This document shows positions 26,215-35,985 of a stretch of 64,000 nucleotides of DNA, one piece after another (within the stretch, counting starts at the first letter, position 1; each line of letters opens with the position of its first letter). A model generated the notes under the pieces. That model was given only the letters and a program-made list of their open reading frames with translations. It was not told where the DNA came from and searched no databases. The position numbers and the translations under genes are program-made. The DNA is from Thermoplasmatota archaeon. Lineage in GTDB: Archaea; Thermoplasmatota; E2; JACPAO01; JAHFTW01. Location: assembly GCA_038046785.1 (NCBI GenBank), contig JBBSVM010000006.1:101875-165874 (forward strand). The letters are read 5' to 3'.

Positions 26215-27224
26215 CCCAGCAGGTTGAGCGTGCTGAACAGGGCAGGTCCCACGCCGATGTACACGACGACCAGGAAGAGCAGCAAGCGCTGGTAGGGATC
26301 GTCCAGGCGCCCGCCGAATCCCGAGAGGACGCGAGCCAGAACGAGTGCAAGAATCCATTTGACCAGGATGTAGCCGGGCCCCGTCCATTCGATGAGGAAC
26401 GCCGAGATGGCCATCTGCTCTGTCAAGCCGAAGGGCAGCAAACCGAGCGGGTTCTTGACGGCCAGGTAACTCACCGTGCCATCCAGCAGTTGTGTTGCCG
26501 CCAAGAGCAGGGCGGGCGCCCCCGCAAAGACTGCCAGGGATGGGCGCCGGAGGATGCGGTGCGCCGTGAACTGGAAAACCAGCAGCACGCCGGCCACAAG
26601 GATGGTCAGCCCCAGCGTGCTCCACGCGCCTGGCCGCGGTTCTCCAAGCAGCCCAAAACCCGCGACCGTGAGGGCGGCCAATCCAAGCGACGTCCAAGCG
26701 ATGAACCCTGCGCGTGACGCCCAGGTCGCTGGCGTCTGGGTGCGGGGTGCGAGTAGGACAACGGTTGCAAGCGACAGCAGAACGACGGGGAGTGCCAGCG
26801 TCCGGTAGAAGGCGACGGGCAGGCTCCAGGCTTGCTGAACTGCCAGGAAACGAAGCGCGGTCGGGATGGCCAAGCTGGCGGCGACCGCCGTCATCCAGGC
26901 GCCGTCGGGTTCTCGGCCGCGCCACAATCCGAGCGTCTTGGCGAAACTGAGGTAGCCCCACACCAGAGCGCCATCGAGGAGGAGAAGGCCAGCCGGTAGC
27001 GGCGCGACGTAGCGGAGCCCGACGAGGCTGATGAACAAGGCAACGGCGCCGCCAATCAGGCCGCTGCGGCGCGCGGCCCTCTCCTTCTTCTCGCGCTTGG
27101 CCTCGTCATCGACGGCTGGAGGCGGAGGCGCCGCCTGGAGGGCGCGAATCTCGGCCTGCAACTGCTCATCGTCGCGAAACGGATCCTCCTCGTCAGGATT
27201 AGTCGGCTCGCTTCCGGAGCGCAT
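26211..27224 (-). CDS. DUF63-like multi-TM membrane protein
   Basis: QLLDGTVSYLAV...EQMAIS...LVKW...GVGP. Confidence 0.75.
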   Translation of the reverse strand: MRSGSEPTNPDEEDPFRDDEQLQAEIRALQAAPPPPAVDDEAKREKKERAARRSGLIGGAVALFISLVGLRYVAPLPAGLLLLDGALVWGYLSFAKTLGLWRGREPDGAWMTAVAASLAIPTALRFLAVQQAWSLPVAFYRTLALPVVLLSLATVVLLAPRTQTPATWASRAGFIAWTSLGLAALTVAGFGLLGEPRPGAWSTLGLTILVAGVLLVFQFTAHRILRRPSLAVFAGAPALLLAATQLLDGTVSYLAVKNPLGLLPFGLTEQMAISAFLIEWTGPGYILVKWILALVLARVLSGFGGRLDDPYQRLLLFLVVVYIGVGPALFSTLNLLG

Positions 27225-27234
27225 GGGTTCGGTC

Positions 27235-28848
27235 TCACTCGGGGTGGGCAGCGCAGTCTCCTCCAGCTTCCTTCAACTGCTCCACCGTCTCGTAGTAGTC
27301 AACCTGGACCGTCGCATCGATGCTCGTTGCGATGGCACGCCCCTTCACGGAAAGCGTGTAGTTCCCGTGCGGCAACTCGATGCCCGCCTCGGGGAACTCC
27401 TTCGACCACGACACGAAAGCTTGCGCGCCCAGCGTCTCCGTCGCGAGCGCCGCGCCATCGGCGTCACGCAGCGTTACCACCAGGCTATTGCCCGCCTGCA
27501 ACGCCATCATGTCCGCCTGGGCGGCCAAGCTGAACCGCAGCGTCCGAACCGCACAGCCATCCACAGGGAACGTGAAGACGGCCTCCGGCTCCATCACAGT
27601 CGGAGTGCTGGAGAGTTCCGCGTGGAACTCCTGCAGCAAGTCCGCCGGCAACTCCACAGGCGCCACATAGCCACAACCCGCAGGCAGTTCCGCTTTGTAG
27701 GCGCCATACTCGGACTCAAAGCCCGTGTAGACGAGCGGCGCCTCCATGCCGCCCGGGCTTGCGCCACAGTTCGTCTCATGGTTGTTGACGTGCGTGTGCA
27801 GAATCCAGGAACCAGGGTTGTTGGCCTGGAACACCACATCGTAGCGCTCGGCGGGACCGATGGTCAAGACGTCCACGTAGAACGGGGCCACAAGGGGTGA
27901 GCCGTCCCGGTGCGTGACAAACATGTCATGTCCGTGTGGGTGGATGGTCTCCACTGTGGTTCCCGCGTTCAGGATGCGCAGCCGAATCGTCTCCCCTTCC
28001 GCCATCTTCAACGCCGTCAATGGATCTTCATCCGTGAGCGGCGCACTCTTGCCGTTGATCATGAAAACGTCCGGCGTCACATCGACAGCTGGATTCTGGC
28101 ACCCTTGTTCTCCTGTGACGCCGCAGCCGCCGCCCGCCCGGTGCTGGGCGTGGGGGTCTACTTCTGTGCCAGCTGTGGCGGGAATTGCCTCGATGAGGCT
28201 GCGCTTTGCGGTTCCTAAGACGTGCAGGTAGTCGCGATCCACGCCCTCCGGTTCAGCGGACTTGTCCTGTGGCTCGACGATGAAGCCCCCGTAGAGGCCT
28301 TGCATGACGTGGAATTGGGTGTCGACATGGCAGTGATACCACAGCGTTCCGGCCTTCTTGGCGATGAACTCGTAACGGTAGGTGTCGCCGGGCTTCACCG
28401 AGTCCTGGTTGACTCCAGGTGTACCATCGGACTTGTAGGGGACGAGTTGTCCGTGCCAGTGAATGGTGTGGGGGTGGACGTGCCTGTTCTCGAAATCGAC
28501 GATGACGCGGTCGCCCTGGTTCACACGGAGGGTCGGGCCCGGCACGCTGCACTTTCCTTTCGATTCCTCCGGGACGTTGCCGGACTGCTCGCGGTACTCG
28601 ATGGCAGCCAGAGAATATGCGTCGGTGGCATCAGCAGGCTCTGCGCAGAAGGCCCATAAATTCGCCTTCAGGCCGGGATAAATGTCGGCCTCCTCCAAGT
28701 CCACCACCCACATGCGCAGGTGCACGGTCTTGCCGGTCTCCGTGAAACGGGTTCCAGGTTCAAGGGGCTCAAGATTGCTTGAGTTGGACCCGGCGCAGCC
28801 CGCAAGCGTAGCGGCGACCAGAACGAGAGAAACATAGAGCGCTTTCAT
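27235..28848 (-). CDS. Two-domain multicopper oxidase (type C), lipoprotein, copy 2
   Basis: LAGC; HTIHWHG, WYHCHVDTQFHVM, IHPHG, LHTH; GGAGG SD before MKALYV. Confidence 0.9.
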   Translation of the reverse strand: MKALYVSLVLVAATLAGCAGSNSSNLEPLEPGTRFTETGKTVHLRMWVVDLEEADIYPGLKANLWAFCAEPADATDAYSLAAIEYREQSGNVPEESKGKCSVPGPTLRVNQGDRVIVDFENRHVHPHTIHWHGQLVPYKSDGTPGVNQDSVKPGDTYRYEFIAKKAGTLWYHCHVDTQFHVMQGLYGGFIVEPQDKSAEPEGVDRDYLHVLGTAKRSLIEAIPATAGTEVDPHAQHRAGGGCGVTGEQGCQNPAVDVTPDVFMINGKSAPLTDEDPLTALKMAEGETIRLRILNAGTTVETIHPHGHDMFVTHRDGSPLVAPFYVDVLTIGPAERYDVVFQANNPGSWILHTHVNNHETNCGASPGGMEAPLVYTGFESEYGAYKAELPAGCGYVAPVELPADLLQEFHAELSSTPTVMEPEAVFTFPVDGCAVRTLRFSLAAQADMMALQAGNSLVVTLRDADGAALATETLGAQAFVSWSKEFPEAGIELPHGNYTLSVKGRAIATSIDATVQVDYYETVEQLKEAGGDCAAHPE

Positions 28849-29037
28849 GGGAGGCCTCCAAGAGGACATGTGCGGACTTCCGCCAGGTGGATTAAGGGTT
28901 ATTTGACGACCTTGGAGAAACGACAGAGAAAAAGGGGCACTCCCGAACCAAATCGAGTGCCAGACCGCTGCCCGTTTGTTTGACAGACTCCGCCAGTTGT
29001 CTCAACCATTATCATCGGGGTTGCTCTGCGATGTGCC

Positions 29038-29688
29038 ATGCGCCGACTCCTGTCCGTCCTGGCTCTGATGTTCCTCCTGCCCGCAGCACTTGCGCAAGCC
29101 CCCGCGACCCCCCTGGACGCGGCCGCCAACCTCGCAGCCTCAACGGACGCCTCCCCCGGCCTTGTCATCGAGCGCGGCTCCGAACAGACCGTCAACGTCA
29201 ACGTGGAACTCAGCTACCGCAACCTCATCTGCAACCAAGCCGCCACGGTCGATGTCGCCCTCTCCCTGGAAGACGCAGGCCTCCCGGGCGTCACGGGCAT
29301 CGCCCCCGCCTCCATCGCCGTCACCATCCCCGCCTCGGCCCCCGCCTCTCTCAACACCGGCACCGGGACCGCCACCGGAACCTTCCGCATGACCGTCGCC
29401 AAGTCCTCCCTGCCCGACCACGACCACTCGTTCACCCTCACGGCGACCACTCCGACGGCCATCCCCGCCGGCTGCCAGAGCATCTCCCCCAATGCGCCCG
29501 CCGCCGTCAGCAAGGACGTCACGATTGAGATCAAGACCGGCCCCAAGGATGCAACGCCTGGCTCCGCTGCGGGCGGACCCGCTGGAACCGGCTCCGCCGC
29601 ATCCACCAGCGCCTCCAAGGGAGCCTCCGGGTTCCCCGTCGTCGTCCTGGTCGGCGCCTTGGTCTTGGCATCCTTGCGGCGCAGGTGA
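29038..29688 (+). CDS. Secreted Ig-like protein with PGF-CTERM-like anchor
   Basis: Signal peptide; DHDH; KGASGFP-TM-RRR. Confidence 0.85.
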   Translation: MRRLLSVLALMFLLPAALAQAPATPLDAAANLAASTDASPGLVIERGSEQTVNVNVELSYRNLICNQAATVDVALSLEDAGLPGVTGIAPASIAVTIPASAPASLNTGTGTATGTFRMTVAKSSLPDHDHSFTLTATTPTAIPAGCQSISPNAPAAVSKDVTIEIKTGPKDATPGSAAGGPAGTGSAASTSASKGASGFPVVVLVGALVLASLRRR

Positions 29689-29691
29689 GTC

Positions 29692-30021
29692 ATGCAGGGG
29701 ACGTGGGCGAGCACTCTTCGCCTGCGTCTCCTGCCCATCTGGGCCACCCTCCTCATTCTCGCCGGCATGGCGTTGCTCGTCGCTGGATTCCGCGCCGAGG
29801 ACCCCTGCTGCCACGAGCAAACGCCGGGCCTCGTCGTCGCCGGCCTTGGGGCATTCCCCCTCACCGCGTACCTTGTCCGCCTCCGACGCTTCCACCGCCT
29901 CCTTTCCACCGCGCATCGCCACAATTTCCGCACCATCCACAAGCAATTGGGGGAACTGGCAAGCCGATTGGGGCCGCGTGAGCGGAGTCTATTCGAGGAA
30001 ACGGCGCGGCGATTTGCGTAA
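29692..30021 (+). CDS. Small two-TM protein with a CCH loop
   Basis: GGTGA SD; EDPCCHE between the TMs. Confidence 0.7.
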   Translation: MQGTWASTLRLRLLPIWATLLILAGMALLVAGFRAEDPCCHEQTPGLVVAGLGAFPLTAYLVRLRRFHRLLSTAHRHNFRTIHKQLGELASRLGPRERSLFEETARRFA

Positions 30022-30256
30022 GACGCCCAGCGCAAGGACTGACTGCCCTATCCTTGCTGCCGACCCAGAAAGCCAATCGAATGCGAGAGGCACCGGCACG
30101 CTGCGCCCGAAGCGAGAATGATCCCGCAGTCGCCTCCGGTGCCCCTTCTTCGCATCCGTGCTTTCCGGCGTTCTCGAAGAACCGACAGCACTGCCGCCAG
30201 CGCACCCCCGCCCATTCGATGCGGTTGAAACGTTGGCACCGGAGACTCGTCAGAAT

Positions 30257-31468
30257 TCACTCATTGCCGGGCCGTCTGAACATGGGCTTCCGAACATTGG
30301 ACGGACTGCTGGTCCCTGACCTATCCAGAGGAATCGACAACGTCTCGCCAACGTGTTGCGGCCACCCCGTGCGGGTGCTTTCGCTCGTCTCAACCAGCTC
30401 CTCGTCTCGTTTCCGCAGCTTTCGCAGCCGGCTCCATGCGGCGGCGGGTCCTACCCGGCGCCACGAGAGCGGCAGGCCAAGGGCGAAATAGGCGCCCAAC
30501 AGGGCGGCAGCAACGAAAAACAGCAAAGCGGCCGAAACGTACGCGCCCTGGACTTTGACCGTGAATGTTACCACCGTCGTGTCCTGATTCAGGGTTCCAG
30601 TGGCCGTTCCATCGTACGTCGTCGTGATGGTCGCCTTGAAAGTCGAGATGGAATTCGTGTATCCCCAAGCGATCGGCGTCGTCGCTTCAAGCGAAGCCGT
30701 CGCGTCGCTTTGCGGGTCGAGGCGAAGGTCAGGGCCACTGCTGAGTGCCGCAAACGTCCCTTGCGTGGATTCCAGCCGTACCGAGACACGCGCGGGACCG
30801 TTTCCGAGGTTGCTCACGGTGATGGGGAAGACCACTTTCTGGTCGGGGCCAACCGTTGCGAACGAGCTGGATGCGACAACGGCGGTGCGGGGAGAGAAAT
30901 CGTTCTTGAGGCGATACGTCGCAGTCACTGGACGCGAGTCACCCAGGCTGCATTGTGTGCCTGCGGAACTGGACTGGCTGCGGGCCTGCATTGTCACGTC
31001 GTACAAGCCGTCCGCGAACGCGGGTGCATCCCGTCCGACACTAATCTCCAAGTCGGTCGCAACGGGGAACGTTTTCCGGGACGTTTGTGAACCGCTGCTG
31101 GACGCGCCATCCACCAGGATGGTTTTGGTTGGGGGGACCATCGTGGCGGTCGCATAGCTCGGACCTCGAACCGTGAACTCCACGAGAACCGGAATGGGGC
31201 ACGAGGACGATTGCCCGAACACGTTGGCGTCGAGGTTGGCTTCAACGCGGACCTTGGCAACGCCCGTCTGTGGAAGGATTCGATTGCCGGACAGGGAGGC
31301 GTCGGCGACGAACCGGTCCAAGCTCAAGCTGAGGCGCTCTGTAGTCTGCGAGGATTGGGCCGAGGCGGAGGGAACGAGTGCAGTCCCAGCAAGAAGGACC
31401 AGCAAGACCGAAGTCAGAACGAGGCCGCGGCGGGAAACCGGCGAGGATTGTAGGCGCGTGGTGGCCAT
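30257..31468 (-). CDS. Secreted Ig-like repeat surface protein with C-terminal TM
   Basis: Signal peptide; ITVSNLGNG motif. Confidence 0.8.
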   Translation of the reverse strand: MATTRLQSSPVSRRGLVLTSVLLVLLAGTALVPSASAQSSQTTERLSLSLDRFVADASLSGNRILPQTGVAKVRVEANLDANVFGQSSSCPIPVLVEFTVRGPSYATATMVPPTKTILVDGASSSGSQTSRKTFPVATDLEISVGRDAPAFADGLYDVTMQARSQSSSAGTQCSLGDSRPVTATYRLKNDFSPRTAVVASSSFATVGPDQKVVFPITVSNLGNGPARVSVRLESTQGTFAALSSGPDLRLDPQSDATASLEATTPIAWGYTNSISTFKATITTTYDGTATGTLNQDTTVVTFTVKVQGAYVSAALLFFVAAALLGAYFALGLPLSWRRVGPAAAWSRLRKLRKRDEELVETSESTRTGWPQHVGETLSIPLDRSGTSSPSNVRKPMFRRPGNE

Positions 31469-31591
31469 GCGGAAGGACTGCGCGCGGCCTATGAATGGCC
31501 GATGTTGCGTGAGACGCCAGATGGATGTTGTCAAAACGAATATTGTCAAAGACGTGATGCACACAGACCCCACGCACTCTGCAAAACGACG

Positions 31592-32056
31592 CTACGTTTC
31601 ACGCCTCGAAGCAACCTTTTTGGCGACGGATTCGCGCCGGTACCATGGATCGTATTCACGGAGTCGGCGCTGCTGGACCCGCTCCTGCAACCGCTTCCAG
31701 AGCGCGCCTCCCATGATGGGCTGAATGGACCATCCTGGGTGCAGCGAGTCGAGCAGGCGCCGCGTCGAAGCGGGGTCGGTGAGGCAGAGGCGGACGCCTT
31801 CGTCGGTCTTGCGGTTGAGAAGTGCCTCGCACCGTTCGAGCGCTTTCGTGTGGTAGCTGGCACCGCCCCAGGACATGCCGGTTGATTCCATCAGTCCGCG
31901 CCGCGAAAGGGGGCCTCGTTCCAGCAGGGCCAGGACGATCAGCATCGTGCCCGGCTTGCCCAGCAACAAACGGAACCGGTCCTCGAAAATGACAGCGGCC
32001 CCGACCCGGTGTTTCACAGTAGGAATCAGGGTGGCCACCGGGCGGTCAATGTTCAT
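31592..32056 (-). CDS. Winged-HTH protein (paralog of 15432); start uncertain
   Basis: KPGTML...TGMSWGGASYHTKALER; LWKRLQERVQ...PW. Confidence 0.7.
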   Translation of the reverse strand: MNIDRPVATLIPTVKHRVGAAVIFEDRFRLLLGKPGTMLIVLALLERGPLSRRGLMESTGMSWGGASYHTKALERCEALLNRKTDEGVRLCLTDPASTRRLLDSLHPGWSIQPIMGGALWKRLQERVQQRRLREYDPWYRRESVAKKVASRRET

Positions 32057-32702
32057 GGGCATGGCCGTCGGAGGTCGGCGGCATGCTCTCCGTTTCCGGC
32101 ATGGACCCGTGTGCATGGCCCACGTCGGGCTCTCCGAGCCAGGGGACCGTCGCCTCGGCCGCCATGGCAGACGCATAGCCGCCAACTCCGAGAAGTACGC
32201 CCGTAAGGACGAGCACGATGGCTGCCCGTCTCACCGTGGGAGATGGAGCGCTGGAGCGCCCCAAGCGAGCGGCAACCAGGATGACTGCCGCCAGCACCTC
32301 AAGGGACATGGTGGCGACGCCGAGCGTGTCCATCGCCTCGGGGCCACCGCTCCAGGGCGAGCGGAAGATGCGCGTGATGAACCAGAGAACGGCTGGTGCG
32401 ATGGCCAGGGCGGCCAATCCAAGAGCAGCGGCGCGGGCGCTGGGGCGAAGCAGGAAGCGGGCGCCCCAGATGACCTGAAGGGCGCCGATGGCGAGGAAGA
32501 AGAGACCCGCGCCTCGTGCTTCCGCCAAATGGTCCTGTAGGACTGTGAGGTGGAGGATGCCCGCCACCACGACGAGGCCAGCAACGGCGGTGCTCCAAGC
32601 TGGAATTTCTCGCACAACGTGCCCATGGACGTCCTGCGGTGCGGTCGTCTCCAGCCATGAGCGCAAGCGAGTTGGCTTTACAACAGAGGAGTTCGAGTCC
32701 AT
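32046..32702 (-). CDS. Multi-TM membrane protein with His/Met tail (paralog of 20723)
   Basis: GILHLTVLQDHLAEA; tail GHAHGSM...GHAHEH. Confidence 0.85.
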   Translation of the reverse strand: MDSNSSVVKPTRLRSWLETTAPQDVHGHVVREIPAWSTAVAGLVVVAGILHLTVLQDHLAEARGAGLFFLAIGALQVIWGARFLLRPSARAAALGLAALAIAPAVLWFITRIFRSPWSGGPEAMDTLGVATMSLEVLAAVILVAARLGRSSAPSPTVRRAAIVLVLTGVLLGVGGYASAMAAEATVPWLGEPDVGHAHGSMPETESMPPTSDGHAHEH

Positions 32703-32711
32703 GCGGTCACC

Positions 32712-33638
32712 TCAAGCGATGCGCCGGCGCAGCAGGAGAGCGACACCGACCGCGCCCACGACCAACAGAAGACCTGGGGCCGGAGCGCCCTTGCTGGATT
32801 CTGTGGCACCCGCCCCATCGACCTGCGAGATTTGGTCGGGCGCCGCGTTCACGAACGTCCAGGTAAGGACGCGCTCCAACTCGTTGCCGCAGTCGGGCCC
32901 GTCCAGGCAGTGGCTGTAGTTCCGGAACGAGACCGTCACTTTGTCCCAAGCGCCCGTGGGGGGCGTGAAGACGACGTTGCGCTCCTCGACGATGAGACCA
33001 ATCTGCCCCGGCGGAACATCGAAGATTTTCGCCTTTAGGCCGTTCACCAAGGCGTCCGGGTTGCTCACCGTTTTGTCTTCGAACATCACCATGGTGCGCG
33101 CGTTGGCCAGCACCTCGATGCGAAGCGGGACGGTAAGCGGCTTGGAGCTCTGCACTTGGAAGGTCTGGTCGCCTTCGGGCGTCAGGCGGTGTCCGGGAAG
33201 GTAGGCGACGTGGAATGCAGGCAACACCGCGGAAGCCTCCACGGTGTCCCCCAGAAGGGAGGTGTAGGTGGCCTTCGCAGTGAGTTCGGCAGGGAGGAGG
33301 CCGGGCGCGCCAGCAATCGGCTCAAGCCCACCCGTCAACGCAAGCTCAGCAACGCCGGTCGGGTCCGCCAAGCAATCCTCTGGAGCAAGCTCCCCTCCAG
33401 CCGCAGTGGCGGAGAGCCACTCCGGGACCCCTTCCAATGCGAGTGCGACGTCGCCCCCACCGGACGTCAGCACCGTCTGGCAGTCGAGGGTGAACAAGAA
33501 ATCGATCGGCGTGACACCCGACGCAGGAATCTCCTCAAGCGCAAACGAGGTGGTCAACAGGGCCTCCGATGTCGGCGCCTGCGCAAACGCGGCAGGAAGC
33601 AGGAGGAGGGCGGCAAGCAGCGGCAACGTGCGGCGCAT
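32712..33638 (-). CDS. Secreted protein with PGF-CTERM-like anchor
   Basis: MRRTLPLLAALLLLPAAFA; KGAPAPG-TM-RRR. Confidence 0.85.
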   Translation of the reverse strand: MRRTLPLLAALLLLPAAFAQAPTSEALLTTSFALEEIPASGVTPIDFLFTLDCQTVLTSGGGDVALALEGVPEWLSATAAGGELAPEDCLADPTGVAELALTGGLEPIAGAPGLLPAELTAKATYTSLLGDTVEASAVLPAFHVAYLPGHRLTPEGDQTFQVQSSKPLTVPLRIEVLANARTMVMFEDKTVSNPDALVNGLKAKIFDVPPGQIGLIVEERNVVFTPPTGAWDKVTVSFRNYSHCLDGPDCGNELERVLTWTFVNAAPDQISQVDGAGATESSKGAPAPGLLLVVGAVGVALLLRRRIA

Positions 33639-33774
33639 GAACCCAACCAGTCTTGCCGGAAAGAACACCCTTGCGTTTGTCACGGCCAACGCCAATCTTG
33701 TCCAAGCTGCGCGACTCCCGTCCAAAACCTACCCGCAAACCAAGCGGTAAGCAGGTATCCCCGCTGCCCGGGTC

Positions 33775-34158
33775 ATGCGCCGGCTTCTTGCTCTGTTGCT
33801 CATCACCGCCACCCTTGCTGGTTGCGCCTCCTCTAGCGGCCCTGCGGACGGCTACCTGACGCCCAAGCAGGATGCCCAAGGCCGCTACGTCATCGACTTG
33901 ACCGCCGACAACAAGGTCGCCCCCGTGAAAGCCCAGGTTCCAGTTGGCGCCACCGTGGTCTGGACAGTCGGCTCCGGCGGCATCCACGATGTCACCAGCG
34001 ACCCCGACTCCGCTGAAGCGTTCAGCAGCGACGCCCAATACCCAGGCAAGATGAAGGGAGGCAACCAGTACGAACACACCTTCACGAAACCGGGCACCTC
34101 CACCTACCGGTGCGTCCTGCACGGCGAGATGATGAAGGCGAGCTTGCGCGTCGTGTAA
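33775..34158 (+). CDS. Plastocyanin/halocyanin-like cupredoxin lipoprotein
   Basis: LAGC; GATVVW, IHDV, YRCVLHGEMM. Confidence 0.9.
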   Translation: MRRLLALLLITATLAGCASSSGPADGYLTPKQDAQGRYVIDLTADNKVAPVKAQVPVGATVVWTVGSGGIHDVTSDPDSAEAFSSDAQYPGKMKGGNQYEHTFTKPGTSTYRCVLHGEMMKASLRVV

Positions 34159-35016
34159 CTACGCCGTGGTTTCCGGCTTCGGTCCGGTTGCGTCGGACTT
34201 GAGCCAGTAGCGCGTCTGCCGCATGTCGCGCAGGTTTCCGCGCTCCTCCAACAATTCCAATCGGCGCAGCATGTTGATGCTGTTGTAGACGGTGCGCCGC
34301 GCCAACCCCGTCTCCAAACCCAGCTCCTTCCCAGTCAAAGGTCCGGCAAGTAGCGCCTCGTAGAGCGCCTGGGCACTCACCGGCAGGCCGCGCACCGCCG
34401 GGGGCAAGTCCGGCTTGGCTACAAGTGGGGTGGAGAGCACCGGTTCCGGCAACGCAGGCGACGCCTGGAACGCCTGGATGGCTCGCGCCCACATTGAACC
34501 AAACTCCGAGAGCGCATCGGGCATCGGGTGGTAGGTGCGCAGCAGCTCCAGCACTCGATCGGCGTCGCCAAGGCGGATGCGCGTGGTGCTGAAATCGTCG
34601 CCCTGTACGACCAGGCCCGCCGCTTTCATCGTCTTGAGTTGGTACATGGCGGTGCTGGAGGGCAGCTGCACGATGCGGGCAAGCTCTGTCGGCCGCGCCG
34701 TCGGATACTCAATCAGGTGCAACACCATTCCCAACACGACGGGCCGGCGCAGCAGCGCAAGCCAGCGGCGATCGGTCGCATCAAGCTGCATGGGCAAGTT
34801 GCGGGCCGGGTAGAAGTTCCGGTAGCCTCCCTGCTCTTGGCTGGAGATCAACTCCATTTTCTCCAAGATGTTCAAGTGGTACTCAGCCAGCATGGCGCTG
34901 GTCTCGATGCGGCGCTGAATCTCACGCAGGTGCAAGCCCGGGTAGCGCTCCACCAAGAGCAGGATGCGCCTGCGCACCTCCACGCTGGAGGCCGGCAGGT
35001 CCGATTCCGGCGTCAT
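34159..35016 (-). CDS. Multi-winged-HTH transcriptional regulator
   Basis: Three HTH units (YPGLHLREI, PTELARIV, LTGKELGLETGLARRTV). Confidence 0.88.
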   Translation of the reverse strand: MTPESDLPASSVEVRRRILLLVERYPGLHLREIQRRIETSAMLAEYHLNILEKMELISSQEQGGYRNFYPARNLPMQLDATDRRWLALLRRPVVLGMVLHLIEYPTARPTELARIVQLPSSTAMYQLKTMKAAGLVVQGDDFSTTRIRLGDADRVLELLRTYHPMPDALSEFGSMWARAIQAFQASPALPEPVLSTPLVAKPDLPPAVRGLPVSAQALYEALLAGPLTGKELGLETGLARRTVYNSINMLRRLELLEERGNLRDMRQTRYWLKSDATGPKPETTA

Positions 35017-35300
35017 TCACGGACTCGCAACACGAACGGCGTCGCAACGAGAAGGACTGCGACGAGGTCCATCACGGCGTCCAACGACTGCACCACTTCA
35101 TGATGGATCTCGGCGGCCTGATGAATGAGGAGGATGACGATGACACTCTTTGCTGCGAGGACGAAGAAGCCCGCCGCGACGAAGCGCAACCGCATCTGCC
35201 CGACGCGGACGCTCGCTGCCCAGAGCGCCAACCCCAACGCGAGCGCGACCGCGCCCACGATGGTCAGCGTCACGCTTGAGAGGGTGGTGAAGTTCGACAC
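35013..35300 (-). CDS. Small three-TM protein coupled to the regulator
   Basis: GTG start; overlaps the regulator start; HH in a loop. Confidence 0.75.
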   Translation of the reverse strand: MSNFTTLSSVTLTIVGAVALALGLALWAASVRVGQMRLRFVAAGFFVLAAKSVIVILLIHQAAEIHHEVVQSLDAVMDLVAVLLVATPFVLRVRE

Positions 35301-35402
35301 GCCCTTTGGAATCTGGCGGGCCGCATAAGCCGGTCGAAACTGCGTCCGACCTCCAACTTCGTCAAATGAACCCTAAATAATCCCGTAGAATGGAGAAGAC
35401 TC

Positions 35403-35981
35403 ATGCTTCGGCTCCTCGCCATGTTCCTCCTATTTTCCCTCACGCTTGTAGCTGGGCAGACCAGCCAAGAGCCAGACCCTGGCCTGCGCGGTCCCGACCA
35501 GGCGCCTGGTCAAACCTTCAACCACACGTTCATGCAAGCTGGTCGCTTCGACTACCACTGCCATCCCCACCCCTGGATGGTGGCCGCCGTCGTCGTGCAG
35601 AACTCCACCGGCCGCGCCCCGATGACACACACCATCCGCATGGTCGAACCCGAGGGCAAGGACTTCGATCAGTGGACCTTCTCGCCCAAGAGCCTTGCCA
35701 TCGAAGCCGGCGACACCGTCACTTGGCTCAACGCGGGCGGCGCCATCCACGTCGTCCAGGAGACAGTTGGAGAGCACATCGAGCACATTGGCACCGCGGA
35801 GGGCCACGATGATGTGGCCACTGGCGCTCACGATGAGGTGGGCGGTGACGACCACGGGGCAAGCCCTGCAGGACAGCACGTCCACGGCAAATCCCTTTTT
35901 GACAGCGGCACCGGTTGGGTTCTGATTCTCGTGGTCGGCGGCCTCGCGCTCGCCTTCTTCATGAAGCGCAAGAGTGCGTGA
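35403..35981 (+). CDS. Circularly permuted cupredoxin with His-rich stalk and TM anchor
   Basis: YHCHPHPWM precedes FSPKSLAIEAGDTVTWLN...IHVV. Confidence 0.85.
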   Translation: MLRLLAMFLLFSLTLVAGQTSQEPDPGLRGPDQAPGQTFNHTFMQAGRFDYHCHPHPWMVAAVVVQNSTGRAPMTHTIRMVEPEGKDFDQWTFSPKSLAIEAGDTVTWLNAGGAIHVVQETVGEHIEHIGTAEGHDDVATGAHDEVGGDDHGASPAGQHVHGKSLFDSGTGWVLILVVGGLALAFFMKRKSA

Positions 35982-35985
35982 GGGC

